Below are positions 29,301 to 36,799 of a DNA stretch of 46,188 nt, piece by piece. Origin of the DNA: Candidatus Limnocylindrales bacterium (lineage in GTDB: Bacteria > Moduliflexota > Moduliflexia > Moduliflexales > JAUQPW01); the NCBI GenBank assembly GCA_035559535.1, contig DATMBG010000027.1, forward strand, positions 1 to 46,188. The letters run 5' to 3'. The notes under the pieces are model-generated. The model ran no database searches. It saw nothing but the letters and a program-made list of their open reading frames with translations, and was not told where the DNA came from. Position numbers and translations under genes: made by a program. How positions within the stretch are numbered: position 1 is the stretch's first letter; the number at the start of each line of letters is the position of its first letter.

Positions 29301-30977
29301 CTCCGCAATGTACCGCCGGAGGCCTTTAACTATGTACAGCGGGTGGGTCGGTCGGGACGCCGGAGTGGGTCTCCTGGATTTGCTATTACCTATTGTCGTC
29401 GCGGACCCCACGACCTTTATCACTTTGCTGAACCCAGGCGCATACTGAGTGGTAAGGTTCGACCTCCTGTGTTGAGTCTACGAAATGAAAAGATAATTAC
29501 TCGCCATATCACGGCAACCGCCTTATCTTATTTCTTTCGAAACTTTAAGGATAAGTTCAAGACCGTTGAAAATTTTTTCAATGACCTAAGTCATCCTTCG
29601 GGTGTTGCCGACTTTAAAACTTTCTTAAATGAGCAGGAAGCTAACCTTAAGAAATCTTTACAGGCTATTGTTCCACCCGAAATAGCGGGCCGGGTTGGCT
29701 TAGAGAACAAAGATTGGATGGCAAAGGTTGCCGGAGAGAAAAGTAGACTGTTTCTTGCTGAAGCGGAGGTTTCCAGTGATTATCAAAACGTGATTGAGCT
29801 TGAAAAGAGTGCAAGGGAAAACAGAAATTATCGAACTGCCGAATGGGCCCGGAAGCGAGCCGATACCATTGCTAAAGAGGAGTTTCTTTCGTTTCTTTCC
29901 CGTAAGGCCGTGATCCCCAAGTATGGCTTTCCGGTAGATGTGGTGGAACTAGATACACAAAGTATTCAGCATGGCGAAGCGAAGGAAATTTCCCTCCAGA
30001 GGGACTTAGCCATTGCCGTTTCTGAGTTTGCCCCAACGAGCAAGCTGATTGCCAACAAAAAGATATGGACTTCCTACGGGTTAAAGCGGGTTGCCGGGCA
30101 GGAATGGGATCGCTGGTGGTATGCCCGGTGCCCCATCCATAACCGTTTTGAACGTAAACCCTGGCGGGATGAAAAACGGCTGCCATCTTTTAATAAATGC
30201 TGTGCGCATATGTTTCCCGCACAGTACCTCGATCCGAGATTTGGCTTTGTGACCAATCGAGAGAAACCGGAAGAGCCTAAAAGGCGACCCGATAAGGTCT
30301 TTACCACGCGGCCCTACTTTGCAGGTTTTAAAGACAAGGAAGGCAACCCGATTAACTTTGGAAGTATTCGTTTAACGACGGCCACCCCCGGTTATCTGGT
30401 GGTGCTTTGCGAAGGCCGCCGTGGGAGAGGGTTCTACATCTGTGAAAGATGTGGTGCTGGATTTCAACAACCCAAAAAGAAACATGAGACCTCCTACGGG
30501 AGTGAATGTTCCGGAACGCTGGTACAGGTTTCTCTGGGGCATGAGTTTGTCACGGATGTACTTCAGCTTCAGTTTCATGCCAAAACTGAAGAGGCTACAC
30601 AGCCCGTCTGGTTCGCATACTCATTGGCTTATGCCCTGGTCGAAGGGGCTGCCTCAGAAGTCTTAGAGGTACCCTCTACGGATCTTAACGCAACCGTAGC
30701 CTATAGTAGTCAGACAGATTCTCTACCTCCCATTATCCTCTACGATAATGTACCGGGTGGAGCAGGCCTTGTCGCCCAACTGGAGAAAAAAGAAATGCTT
30801 CAAGCCTGTCTGGAAGCTGCCTGGAAAAGGGTTAGTGGGAACTGTGGCTGCGATGAGGGTACGAGTTGTTATGGATGTTTGAGAAGCTACCGAAATCAGT
30901 TCGCCCATCCCTATCTTCAACGGGGTCCTGTCCTGCGTTACTTGAAAACTATGCTCTTGGAGTGGGAAAGTGATTAA
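26316..30977 (+). CDS. Large DEAD/DEAH-box helicase with C-terminal DUF1998 (DruE/DrmB-related superfamily)
   Basis: TGTGSGKTE, YPMNALANDQ, TNYSMLEYLL, DEAH, SAT, EHTAQL, TTFEVGVD, QRVGRSGR; ILYDNVPGGAG...CGCDEGTSCYGCL; SD AAGGAG. Confidence 0.9.
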   Translation: MDLITLSQRIEERYRHYLKTTFYFKDPDLRASFEEALQSGYLSKGPYLEATPVFQRAQRPRDLFQNLLGFEPDEALLRAVQGDRPLYRHQEAAIRGAFEGRNIIVATGTGSGKTESFLYPVLLHLYREFQSGQLGPGVRALILYPMNALANDQRERLGEICKQLEYEKSSFRVTFGQYIGETPEDENDTRRRAVERLANRLPGELVLRSEMRSQPPHILLTNYSMLEYLLLRPDDSPLFDHGRARWWTFLILDEAHQYRGSKGIEMAMLLRRLKQRLREGGRLEPFRCIATSATLAEGEKDREAVAKFASNLFGEEFCTKDVILGETEPIPESGIEYLPAHVYGLLREALQGRIPETRNQLAGLANRLEIDLPDSEDLSYTVGRILQHDIRSTKLRRLITGNPMEAREVAEEVFADLSDTERVPALSELIELLLQARDPASHAPLLSVRYHLFLRSLEGAFVSYWPQKKVFLDRKGKDQEIKAFEVALCRECGQHYFIGPKNLKGGKLEEAIRDPGQIDFGATFLRPQEDREEDDIEEDYSGVVNRQILQLCVQCGEIGRSKPGCNHDNLIQVVQEESPKDEDRADQVAKCGACGYSAAGRDPVREVIHGADGPNAVIATTLYQSLPEKRKKILAFTDGRQEAAFFAWYLEDSYRDILNRNLILRVVQRLSPHVSEGLSLRELATNLRDLFIERRIFPPTTGSLDLSREAWLRLYREFLTDESRISLEGVGLVRWLVKWPVWFQIPEILRNPPWSLTEQEAWDLLFILLDFMRAERALELRTEPGISVNWSDLKLQGGQTRVRIGEPKKQKDVRSWDGKTGRRAQFLTRLLIRNHLSIDQAIPWAIETLRAIWETLKEFDQSASPQDRLLLPVEDARRLNPDWWRVHLVTQHHKIFRCDRCGRLQTVSVRRVCPRPRCLGTLNGIQPDNLEPNHYRWLYEEDLAGPMRVEEHTAQLDHGKAREFQDEFKEGRIHVLSCSTTFEVGVDLGDLDTIFLRNVPPEAFNYVQRVGRSGRRSGSPGFAITYCRRGPHDLYHFAEPRRILSGKVRPPVLSLRNEKIITRHITATALSYFFRNFKDKFKTVENFFNDLSHPSGVADFKTFLNEQEANLKKSLQAIVPPEIAGRVGLENKDWMAKVAGEKSRLFLAEAEVSSDYQNVIELEKSARENRNYRTAEWARKRADTIAKEEFLSFLSRKAVIPKYGFPVDVVELDTQSIQHGEAKEISLQRDLAIAVSEFAPTSKLIANKKIWTSYGLKRVAGQEWDRWWYARCPIHNRFERKPWRDEKRLPSFNKCCAHMFPAQYLDPRFGFVTNREKPEEPKRRPDKVFTTRPYFAGFKDKEGNPINFGSIRLTTATPGYLVVLCEGRRGRGFYICERCGAGFQQPKKKHETSYGSECSGTLVQVSLGHEFVTDVLQLQFHAKTEEATQPVWFAYSLAYALVEGAASEVLEVPSTDLNATVAYSSQTDSLPPIILYDNVPGGAGLVAQLEKKEMLQACLEAAWKRVSGNCGCDEGTSCYGCLRSYRNQFAHPYLQRGPVLRYLKTMLLEWESD

Positions 30978-31055
30978 ATGGCCTTCTATAACTTAAGGAC
31001 ATATGAATTTTGTCTTTTAACTTAACCTTTTTGTAAAAATCGGCACGAACTGGAA

Positions 31056-31292
31056 TTAGGTTGACGCTGGAGTGAATTCCCGAACGTGCAGAATCTCTTG
31101 ACCGCTCATGGGTCGAATATCCGCTCGACTGAGCGTCAGGAGCGCCACGGTTTTACCCTCTGCTGTGACAAACTCGACCTCGAAGGCTTCGCCGTCCCTG
31201 TAGCGATGCACTACGGCTCCTACATCACCTTGTTTCAGGCCGTGCTCTTCAATGTCATGGGTGAGAACGACCGTATCTAATTCTTGAATCAT
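31056..31292 (-). CDS. DUF4926-domain protein
   Basis: MIQELDTVVLTHDI...GLKQGDVGAVVH...AFEVEF...G.T pattern; SD GAGGAGG. Confidence 0.85.
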   Translation of the reverse strand: MIQELDTVVLTHDIEEHGLKQGDVGAVVHRYRDGEAFEVEFVTAEGKTVALLTLSRADIRPMSGQEILHVREFTPAST

Positions 31293-31358
31293 ATTATCCT
31301 CCTCTTAACAGTTATTGATGAACAGTGAACAGACAGTCATTGGTTCATTTCAACCCAC

Positions 31359-31691
31359 TCATATTGGATACGCGGTTACGAAGCGAGGACGGTTTTGACC
31401 TGCGTCAATGATCCAGACTGTTTGTATCCGTACGGTGCCCCCTCCCGGGGTTTGGAGTGCTCCTTCAAGGATATATTTTATGCCGTGTGGTGACGAAGTT
31501 GCTTCTTTAACATCTTCGGAACGAGCAATGGCTATTAGGCCTTGCTCCAATATGTTTATATTTGTTTCATCGAAGCCAAGGGTACGGAAGAACCTGGCTT
31601 TCGATCTACCAACAGGGTGTGTTTCCGATAATAGATAATCTCTCAATTTTGACGGCGAAATGTAAGCACTTTCCCGATTAGGGAGCTTCAT
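31359..31691 (-). CDS. DUF6883-domain protein (usual partner of DUF4926; predicted toxin-like)
   Basis: KLRDYLLSETHPVGRSKARFF...TVWIID...PRFVTAYP pattern. Confidence 0.8.
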   Translation of the reverse strand: MKLPNRESAYISPSKLRDYLLSETHPVGRSKARFFRTLGFDETNINILEQGLIAIARSEDVKEATSSPHGIKYILEGALQTPGGGTVRIQTVWIIDAGQNRPRFVTAYPI

Positions 31692-31995
31692 GTCGGGCTC
31701 TCACTGTAGTAGAACCATAAAAATAAAGTACACTGGTTGGTTTGCCTAAACCTGATCAAACCTTCCAGGGAACTGAAAAAACCCAGTTCCTTATGTCTAA
31801 GCTTCTCAAGCCGGTCATGAGCTTCAGTCATGAGCTTATCGAAAGGGCACGATCTCAAATTCGCTGCAAGAGAACCGGGTCAGGAGAAGGTTCGGGTTTC
31901 TCCCTAAGTTCTAAGAACAAGGTTTAACTTATCCCTTGTTACCTTTATGAGGAAATTATAACACGATAAATTGAGGGCGTCAAGTTCGGACAAAA

Positions 31996-32110
31996 TCGGG
32001 TAATTACGACTAATGCCATGCTGGCCGAGAGAGAAAAGGACCATGAGATCGTGGCAAGGCTTGCCTCTGACCTGTTGGTGAGGAATTTTGCACGAAAGAT
32101 GTAATCCTTG
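31996..32110 (+). pseudogene. Decayed 115-bp copy of part of the DUF1998 helicase (27173-27288)
   Basis: Colinear match including a 25-nt exact block TTGGTGAGGAATTTTGCACGAAAGA; 1-nt deletion shifts the frame. Confidence 0.85.
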
Positions 32111-32646
32111 AGCGGTATTTCAAGACCTCTTGAGGTATGCGAAACCATGTCCCAGATTATCATTAACCCTCAGTTAAAATTAAGTAAATAATTGGTACAA
32201 CCTTTTGTTGAGGTTTGTGTCCAACTTTACAAACATCTGGTACAAACCTGTAACAGGCTGAGGAACTCTAAAGGGGATTCGACCTTCCGCCCCTCAACTT
32301 CCCATTCCTGTGGACAGGGAAAGGATTGAGGGGTGGGGATGGGGAGGGATCACTTGTAGTATTTGCAGGCTATGTTTATGTTGACCTCCTAGGGTATCAG
32401 GGGAGTTGGGTCTGATTCATGAATAGAAACTAAGGATTGATCCGTCCTCCTTTTTTACCTATCCCTTCCGCCTGAAATTTGCGTTATTTCGGCGGACCTA
32501 TTTGACTTTTATCTCTTGAATCGTCTTACCGGAAGTTAAAGGAAAACCCTTCATATTTTTACGAAGGAAAAGATTGTAAAGAGGAATTAGCACCCTGATG
32601 TTAATCCGATAACCATCTCGACTCTGTTAAATTACGTTTTAGCCTT

Positions 32647-32789
32647 AAAAGCTCCGTAGGAGCCATCGGTTTGTAGCCATGTCTTATCGAATACCAGGCT
32701 TCGTGGGGGGTGGCTTGTGAAACACGGAACTAAAGGATCCTGGGGTGAGACGCCAGGATTTCCACACAGGTCGCCCTGCCGGAGCTTTT
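32647..32789. repeat. Inverted-repeat element of a second REP/MITE family
   Basis: AAAAGCTCCG (32647-32656) / CGGAGCTTTT (32780-32789). Confidence 0.55.
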
Positions 32790-32839
32790 TCGGTAATTTA
32801 ACAGGGTCGCGTTATAATCCAAACAGAAAATTCTATCTA

Positions 32840-32876
32840 AGTTCACCCTGGGGTTTACTGTGAACTGTTTCACAGT
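32840..32876. promoter_or_regulatory. Overlapping inverted repeats, candidate WYL operator
   Basis: AGTTCAC-N13-GTGAACT (32840-32866) and ACTGTGAA-N4-TTCACAGT (32857-32876), about 90 nt before the WYL start. Confidence 0.45.
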
Positions 32877-32968
32877 TGATTCTCCCCCTTATCGTCTTTT
32901 ATCTTAACTTTAATTACTAGTGGGGCCAGGGGAATCCAAAGATTTCTCAAGGCCCTTCAAGGAGTATT

Positions 32969-33970
32969 GTGGAAGGTCGGAATCGTTTTCTCAGACTCTT
33001 CGAGCTTATGACCGAAATTCGGGGAAACCCGCGTCAAACCCCTGAGCAGATTGCCAGGTATTTCGGTATCTCGAAAACCCAATTCTATAAAGATAAGGCG
33101 GAACTGGAGAAATTAAATTTTCAATTTAAATACAATCGCTTAACCCGTTCCTTTGAAATAGAAAAAGATCCTTTTATTCCTACAGGTCATCTCACTCTGA
33201 CCGAGATTTCAGCGTTGATTATGAGTGTTCGTCAACTCTTTGATATGAGCGATTACATCATTACCTATCGGGCCATTAAAGCCATTAAAAAGATTGTGGC
33301 CAATTACCCGGACACCCTAGTGCGTCATAAACTCGAAAGGGTTTTGGAAGACGCCATTTATAATGAAGGCTATGGCTGTAAGGAAACGATCCTGAACGCC
33401 CTGGAATACGCCATGGAGCATCGCAAAATTGTAAAAATTATCTACATTTCTCCCTATGATGACTTTCAAAAGATCACCCATGACATCGATGTCTACATGA
33501 TTTTCTTTAGAAGGCGTTCTCTATATATGGATGCTTATTGTAGAACTACTGGAGACATCCGTACCTATCGACTCAGCCGGGTATTAAAGATTGAACCCTG
33601 GCCCGAACCCAATCGGTTTGAAGTTCGGGAAGATTATTCATTTAGAAATCGTCACAGAGATAGCTTTTCGGTATTTACGGGAGAGCGAAAGACCAGGGTG
33701 AAGATTCGATTCAACAAAGAGAAGGCTTTTTATATCCAAGAGGTTAAATGGCATCCCTCGGAGAGAATTGAAGCTTTGAAGGATGGGGGGATTCTCTACG
33801 AAGTCGAAGTTGCCGAACCGAGGGAAGTCATCTGGTGGGTTCGTCAATGGGGACCCGATGCAGAAGTATTAGAACCTGAGGAGATGCGGCAGTATATGCT
33901 GAACATGGCGAGAAGGGAGGTGGAGATGTACGGGCAGAATCCAGAAGACGGAGATAAAAATTTAAGATAA
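32969..33970 (+). CDS. Second WYL-domain transcriptional regulator
   Basis: HTH (IARYFGISKTQFYKD), LYMDAYC...IRTYRLSRV, WHPSE, WGPDAEVLEPEEMR; GTG start with GGAG. Confidence 0.92.
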   Translation: MEGRNRFLRLFELMTEIRGNPRQTPEQIARYFGISKTQFYKDKAELEKLNFQFKYNRLTRSFEIEKDPFIPTGHLTLTEISALIMSVRQLFDMSDYIITYRAIKAIKKIVANYPDTLVRHKLERVLEDAIYNEGYGCKETILNALEYAMEHRKIVKIIYISPYDDFQKITHDIDVYMIFFRRRSLYMDAYCRTTGDIRTYRLSRVLKIEPWPEPNRFEVREDYSFRNRHRDSFSVFTGERKTRVKIRFNKEKAFYIQEVKWHPSERIEALKDGGILYEVEVAEPREVIWWVRQWGPDAEVLEPEEMRQYMLNMARREVEMYGQNPEDGDKNLR

Positions 33971-34004
33971 GTAACCTGTGAGGACATAAAGTGAGGTAAG
34001 AAAA

Positions 34005-34496
34005 ATGAGAAAACCAAGAAGTCAACATTATATCTTTGCACATAAAATTTTACCATCCTTATTTCATGCCGACCCGGTAAAGTTTATCACAGCCTTGAGT
34101 AGTCATAGAAATGACCTTTTACATTTGTTGTGGGCACATGCAGGCACAAATATGGAAGAGTCAGACCTAGTAGCTGCAGACAACTTAGATTATGAGATCA
34201 GAAAATTGGATGAAGGAACGATCATAGTACTTATTACACTCCCGACTCCCCAAGCTGTTGCAGAGGCGTATTTTGTTGCAATGATTTATCGATCTTGGAA
34301 GAAAGAAATTTTCTGTACCCAGGAAGCTGTTACCCGTTTTATTACTTTGGAATACAGCTTCAATTTGCTAAATGATCTCCCAGGAACAGTTCTCGGTGAA
34401 TGGACAGTTGACGGTACACATATAAACTTTGGTACAGGTCCCGAACCTATTTTAGAAGACTTCTTTGAAACGGTTTGGGGTTTAATGACCGAATAA
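34005..34496 (+). CDS. Hypothetical protein, 163 aa
   Basis: SD GAGGT; protein-like motifs HYIFAH, LPTP...EAYF, RFITLE, LGEWT.DGTH.NFG.GP. Confidence 0.7.
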   Translation: MRKPRSQHYIFAHKILPSLFHADPVKFITALSSHRNDLLHLLWAHAGTNMEESDLVAADNLDYEIRKLDEGTIIVLITLPTPQAVAEAYFVAMIYRSWKKEIFCTQEAVTRFITLEYSFNLLNDLPGTVLGEWTVDGTHINFGTGPEPILEDFFETVWGLMTE

Positions 34497-34556
34497 AGCT
34501 TTGATTTCATTTTATCCACTTGCTTTATTAAGTAAAAACATCAGGATTAACTGACC

Positions 34557-36713
34557 GTGGCTCAAATTACCATTAAAGAAACCTGGTTAAAATTAAGTGA
34601 GCAACCTGAGCAGTTTTTTGTTCAGGCCAGAATTCAGCCTTATGAACACCAGGTACAAACGTTCAAATGGCTGATGGATTCCAACGTGGACGTGATTTTT
34701 AATGGAGTAATAACGGGAGGAGGGAAATCACTGGCGGCATTTTCCAGGGCTCTTTTATCTCGTCCACCCATGCCGACTCTGGCCCTTTATCCCACAAACG
34801 AACTGGGGCGGGATCAGCAGAGTCAGCTCAAGGATTATGTCTCCCGGTTTCGCCTGTCTCTTCAACCCCGGGTTTGTCGAATCTCGGCAGATTTGCTGGC
34901 AGCGATGGCAGAAACGGCAGGGATAACCAAACAAACAGAACTCCTGACCCGATTCCAGGAAAGTGAAATTATTCTGACCAATCCGGATATTTATCACTAC
35001 ATATTTAATCTTTATTACCTTCGCCCCCTGGATAACCGGGATAAAGTTTTTGCAAGATTGGTCAATAACTTTGATCTGGTGGTCTTCGATGAGTTTCATC
35101 TTTTCGGTACCCCTCAGGCCGTCAGTGCCATAAATGCCATCTTCCTGACCCGGCATATCTCGGGACCCGGTCGTAAGAAATTCCTCTTCCTCTCAGCTAC
35201 ACCTTCTCCTTTACTCCGGGGATTCCTGGAAAAAGCCGGGGTGAATTACCAGGTAGTGGAAAGTAAATATTGTCACCTACGCCGTGAAGAGAGTAAAGCC
35301 GGGGACGAGGGATTTCGCAAAAAATGGCGGAGGACTTCCCATGAGGTAACTTTGAACCTGGTGGTCCCAGAAAACGGCACCGAGCGATGGATTATGGAAA
35401 ATGTAGAACCGGTTATTGTTCAATTCTTCCGCAACCATCCAGGATCTAAAGGTGCTATAATCTTAAATTCCGTTGCGGCTGCAAAGCGTCTCACAAGGGC
35501 ACTGAAAGGACAGTTGACTTCCCAAGGTATTACCGTTGGAGAGAATACAGGTTTCAGTACAGAAAGTGAGAAATCAGCTTCTTACAAGGCAGATCTATTA
35601 ATCGGAACCTCAACAGTGGATGTAGGAGTAGATTTTAAAATTAACCTTTTAATTTTCGAAGCGGTGGATGCCAGCTCCTTTATCCAGCGATTCGGACGGC
35701 TCGGGCGCCATGATGGATATACAAATGAAGAAGGTATTCCTATTCAATTCCACACATTCTATGCTTATGCCCTGATCCCCCGATTTATTTACGAAAGGTT
35801 GCTGATAAAGAAAGAAGGGCAGAGTGATCAGGCTTTGCTTATAGACGGGATGGCTTATAGTCGGGAGGAGCTCCGGGATGCCGTAAACCAGGTTTATCCG
35901 CCGGTCACCGATTTTCGTTACTACCCTTCGCGTTGGGGCATCCTGCAATCGGCTTATGTCTACTATGCCCTCAGTCAGAAGGAAATTAAAGGGGTTTATG
36001 AAACCATCCGTGAAGGGTTCAAGGAAGATATCCGACAGGCCTTTGGAATCCGAAATTTTAGAGCAAAGGTCGGTAAGGTTTGTGGCTATCTCAAAAAGAG
36101 AGAGGGCTATGCACCGGAGATCCTTGAAGTAGCTCGTAGTTTTCGTGGTGGAAATGGGCTTGAGTGTGGAGTTATAGACCTGACCGTGGAAGACCCCAGG
36201 GAACAATTTAAAACCTATGATCTTCCCCGCCTTCTATCCAACTGGCGGGTTTCAGGGGTTCTGGACCGGCAAGAGTTTCTACAAAAGGTTGAAGCGGTCG
36301 GAGTTTCCACGAAACCTTTTGATTATGCCGCGCTTTTCATTGAGGTAAACAGTTTCCTGGATCGTCCCAGTCGGTGGAGATTTTATCTGGATTGTGATTT
36401 GTCGGAGTTGGATCTCTCCAGGGTTTTGGTCCTGAAAGGGTTTAACCTCCTTAATATAGAATCGGATTATCAAAACAGGCTCAACGCCAAGCTTCGACAA
36501 CAGCGGTTGGTCTGTTACATTCTCGAAATGAACCGGCTCGATGTAAAGTTCCGTCGGGCACTACCCCTGCTTTTTCCTGTTTATTCCCTGGCCGACAAGT
36601 ACTCCATGTCCGATCCAAATCCACCGTACTCCATTGCCTTTGGTCAAGAAGCCCTGATGCTGGAATCGCTGTATTTCTTTAATAAGACCCCATCAAAGGG
36701 GTGGATTGCATAA
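34557..36713 (+). CDS. cas3: Type I-D Cas3' helicase (no HD)
   Basis: TGGGKSLAA, LYPTNEL, LTNPDI, FDEFH, LSATP, GTSTVDVGVDF, QRFGRLGRH. Confidence 0.93.
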   Translation: MAQITIKETWLKLSEQPEQFFVQARIQPYEHQVQTFKWLMDSNVDVIFNGVITGGGKSLAAFSRALLSRPPMPTLALYPTNELGRDQQSQLKDYVSRFRLSLQPRVCRISADLLAAMAETAGITKQTELLTRFQESEIILTNPDIYHYIFNLYYLRPLDNRDKVFARLVNNFDLVVFDEFHLFGTPQAVSAINAIFLTRHISGPGRKKFLFLSATPSPLLRGFLEKAGVNYQVVESKYCHLRREESKAGDEGFRKKWRRTSHEVTLNLVVPENGTERWIMENVEPVIVQFFRNHPGSKGAIILNSVAAAKRLTRALKGQLTSQGITVGENTGFSTESEKSASYKADLLIGTSTVDVGVDFKINLLIFEAVDASSFIQRFGRLGRHDGYTNEEGIPIQFHTFYAYALIPRFIYERLLIKKEGQSDQALLIDGMAYSREELRDAVNQVYPPVTDFRYYPSRWGILQSAYVYYALSQKEIKGVYETIREGFKEDIRQAFGIRNFRAKVGKVCGYLKKREGYAPEILEVARSFRGGNGLECGVIDLTVEDPREQFKTYDLPRLLSNWRVSGVLDRQEFLQKVEAVGVSTKPFDYAALFIEVNSFLDRPSRWRFYLDCDLSELDLSRVLVLKGFNLLNIESDYQNRLNAKLRQQRLVCYILEMNRLDVKFRRALPLLFPVYSLADKYSMSDPNPPYSIAFGQEALMLESLYFFNKTPSKGWIA

Positions 36714-36799
36714 GTTATGAAGGGGTGAGTAAGGGGTAAGAACCTCCTCCTCCCTGTGAGCGGAAGGTTCTTATCCAGGACTCTGGACCTCTACTTTTT

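Noticed and set aside
26316-30977. Calling the helicase DISARM DrmB or a third Cas3
   Set aside because: No DrmA, DrmC or methylase neighbours; no HD domain; motif set and DUF1998-type tail differ from both Cas3 proteins here
31742-32163. Short ORFs 31742-31927 (+) and 31945-32163 (-) as genes
   Set aside because: No recognisable motifs; the second is largely the antisense of the decayed helicase fragment
32409-32445. GTCTGATTCATGAATAGAAACTAAGGATTGATCC resembling a repeat 3' end
   Set aside because: No second copy at spacer distance and no GAAAC/GAAAG terminus
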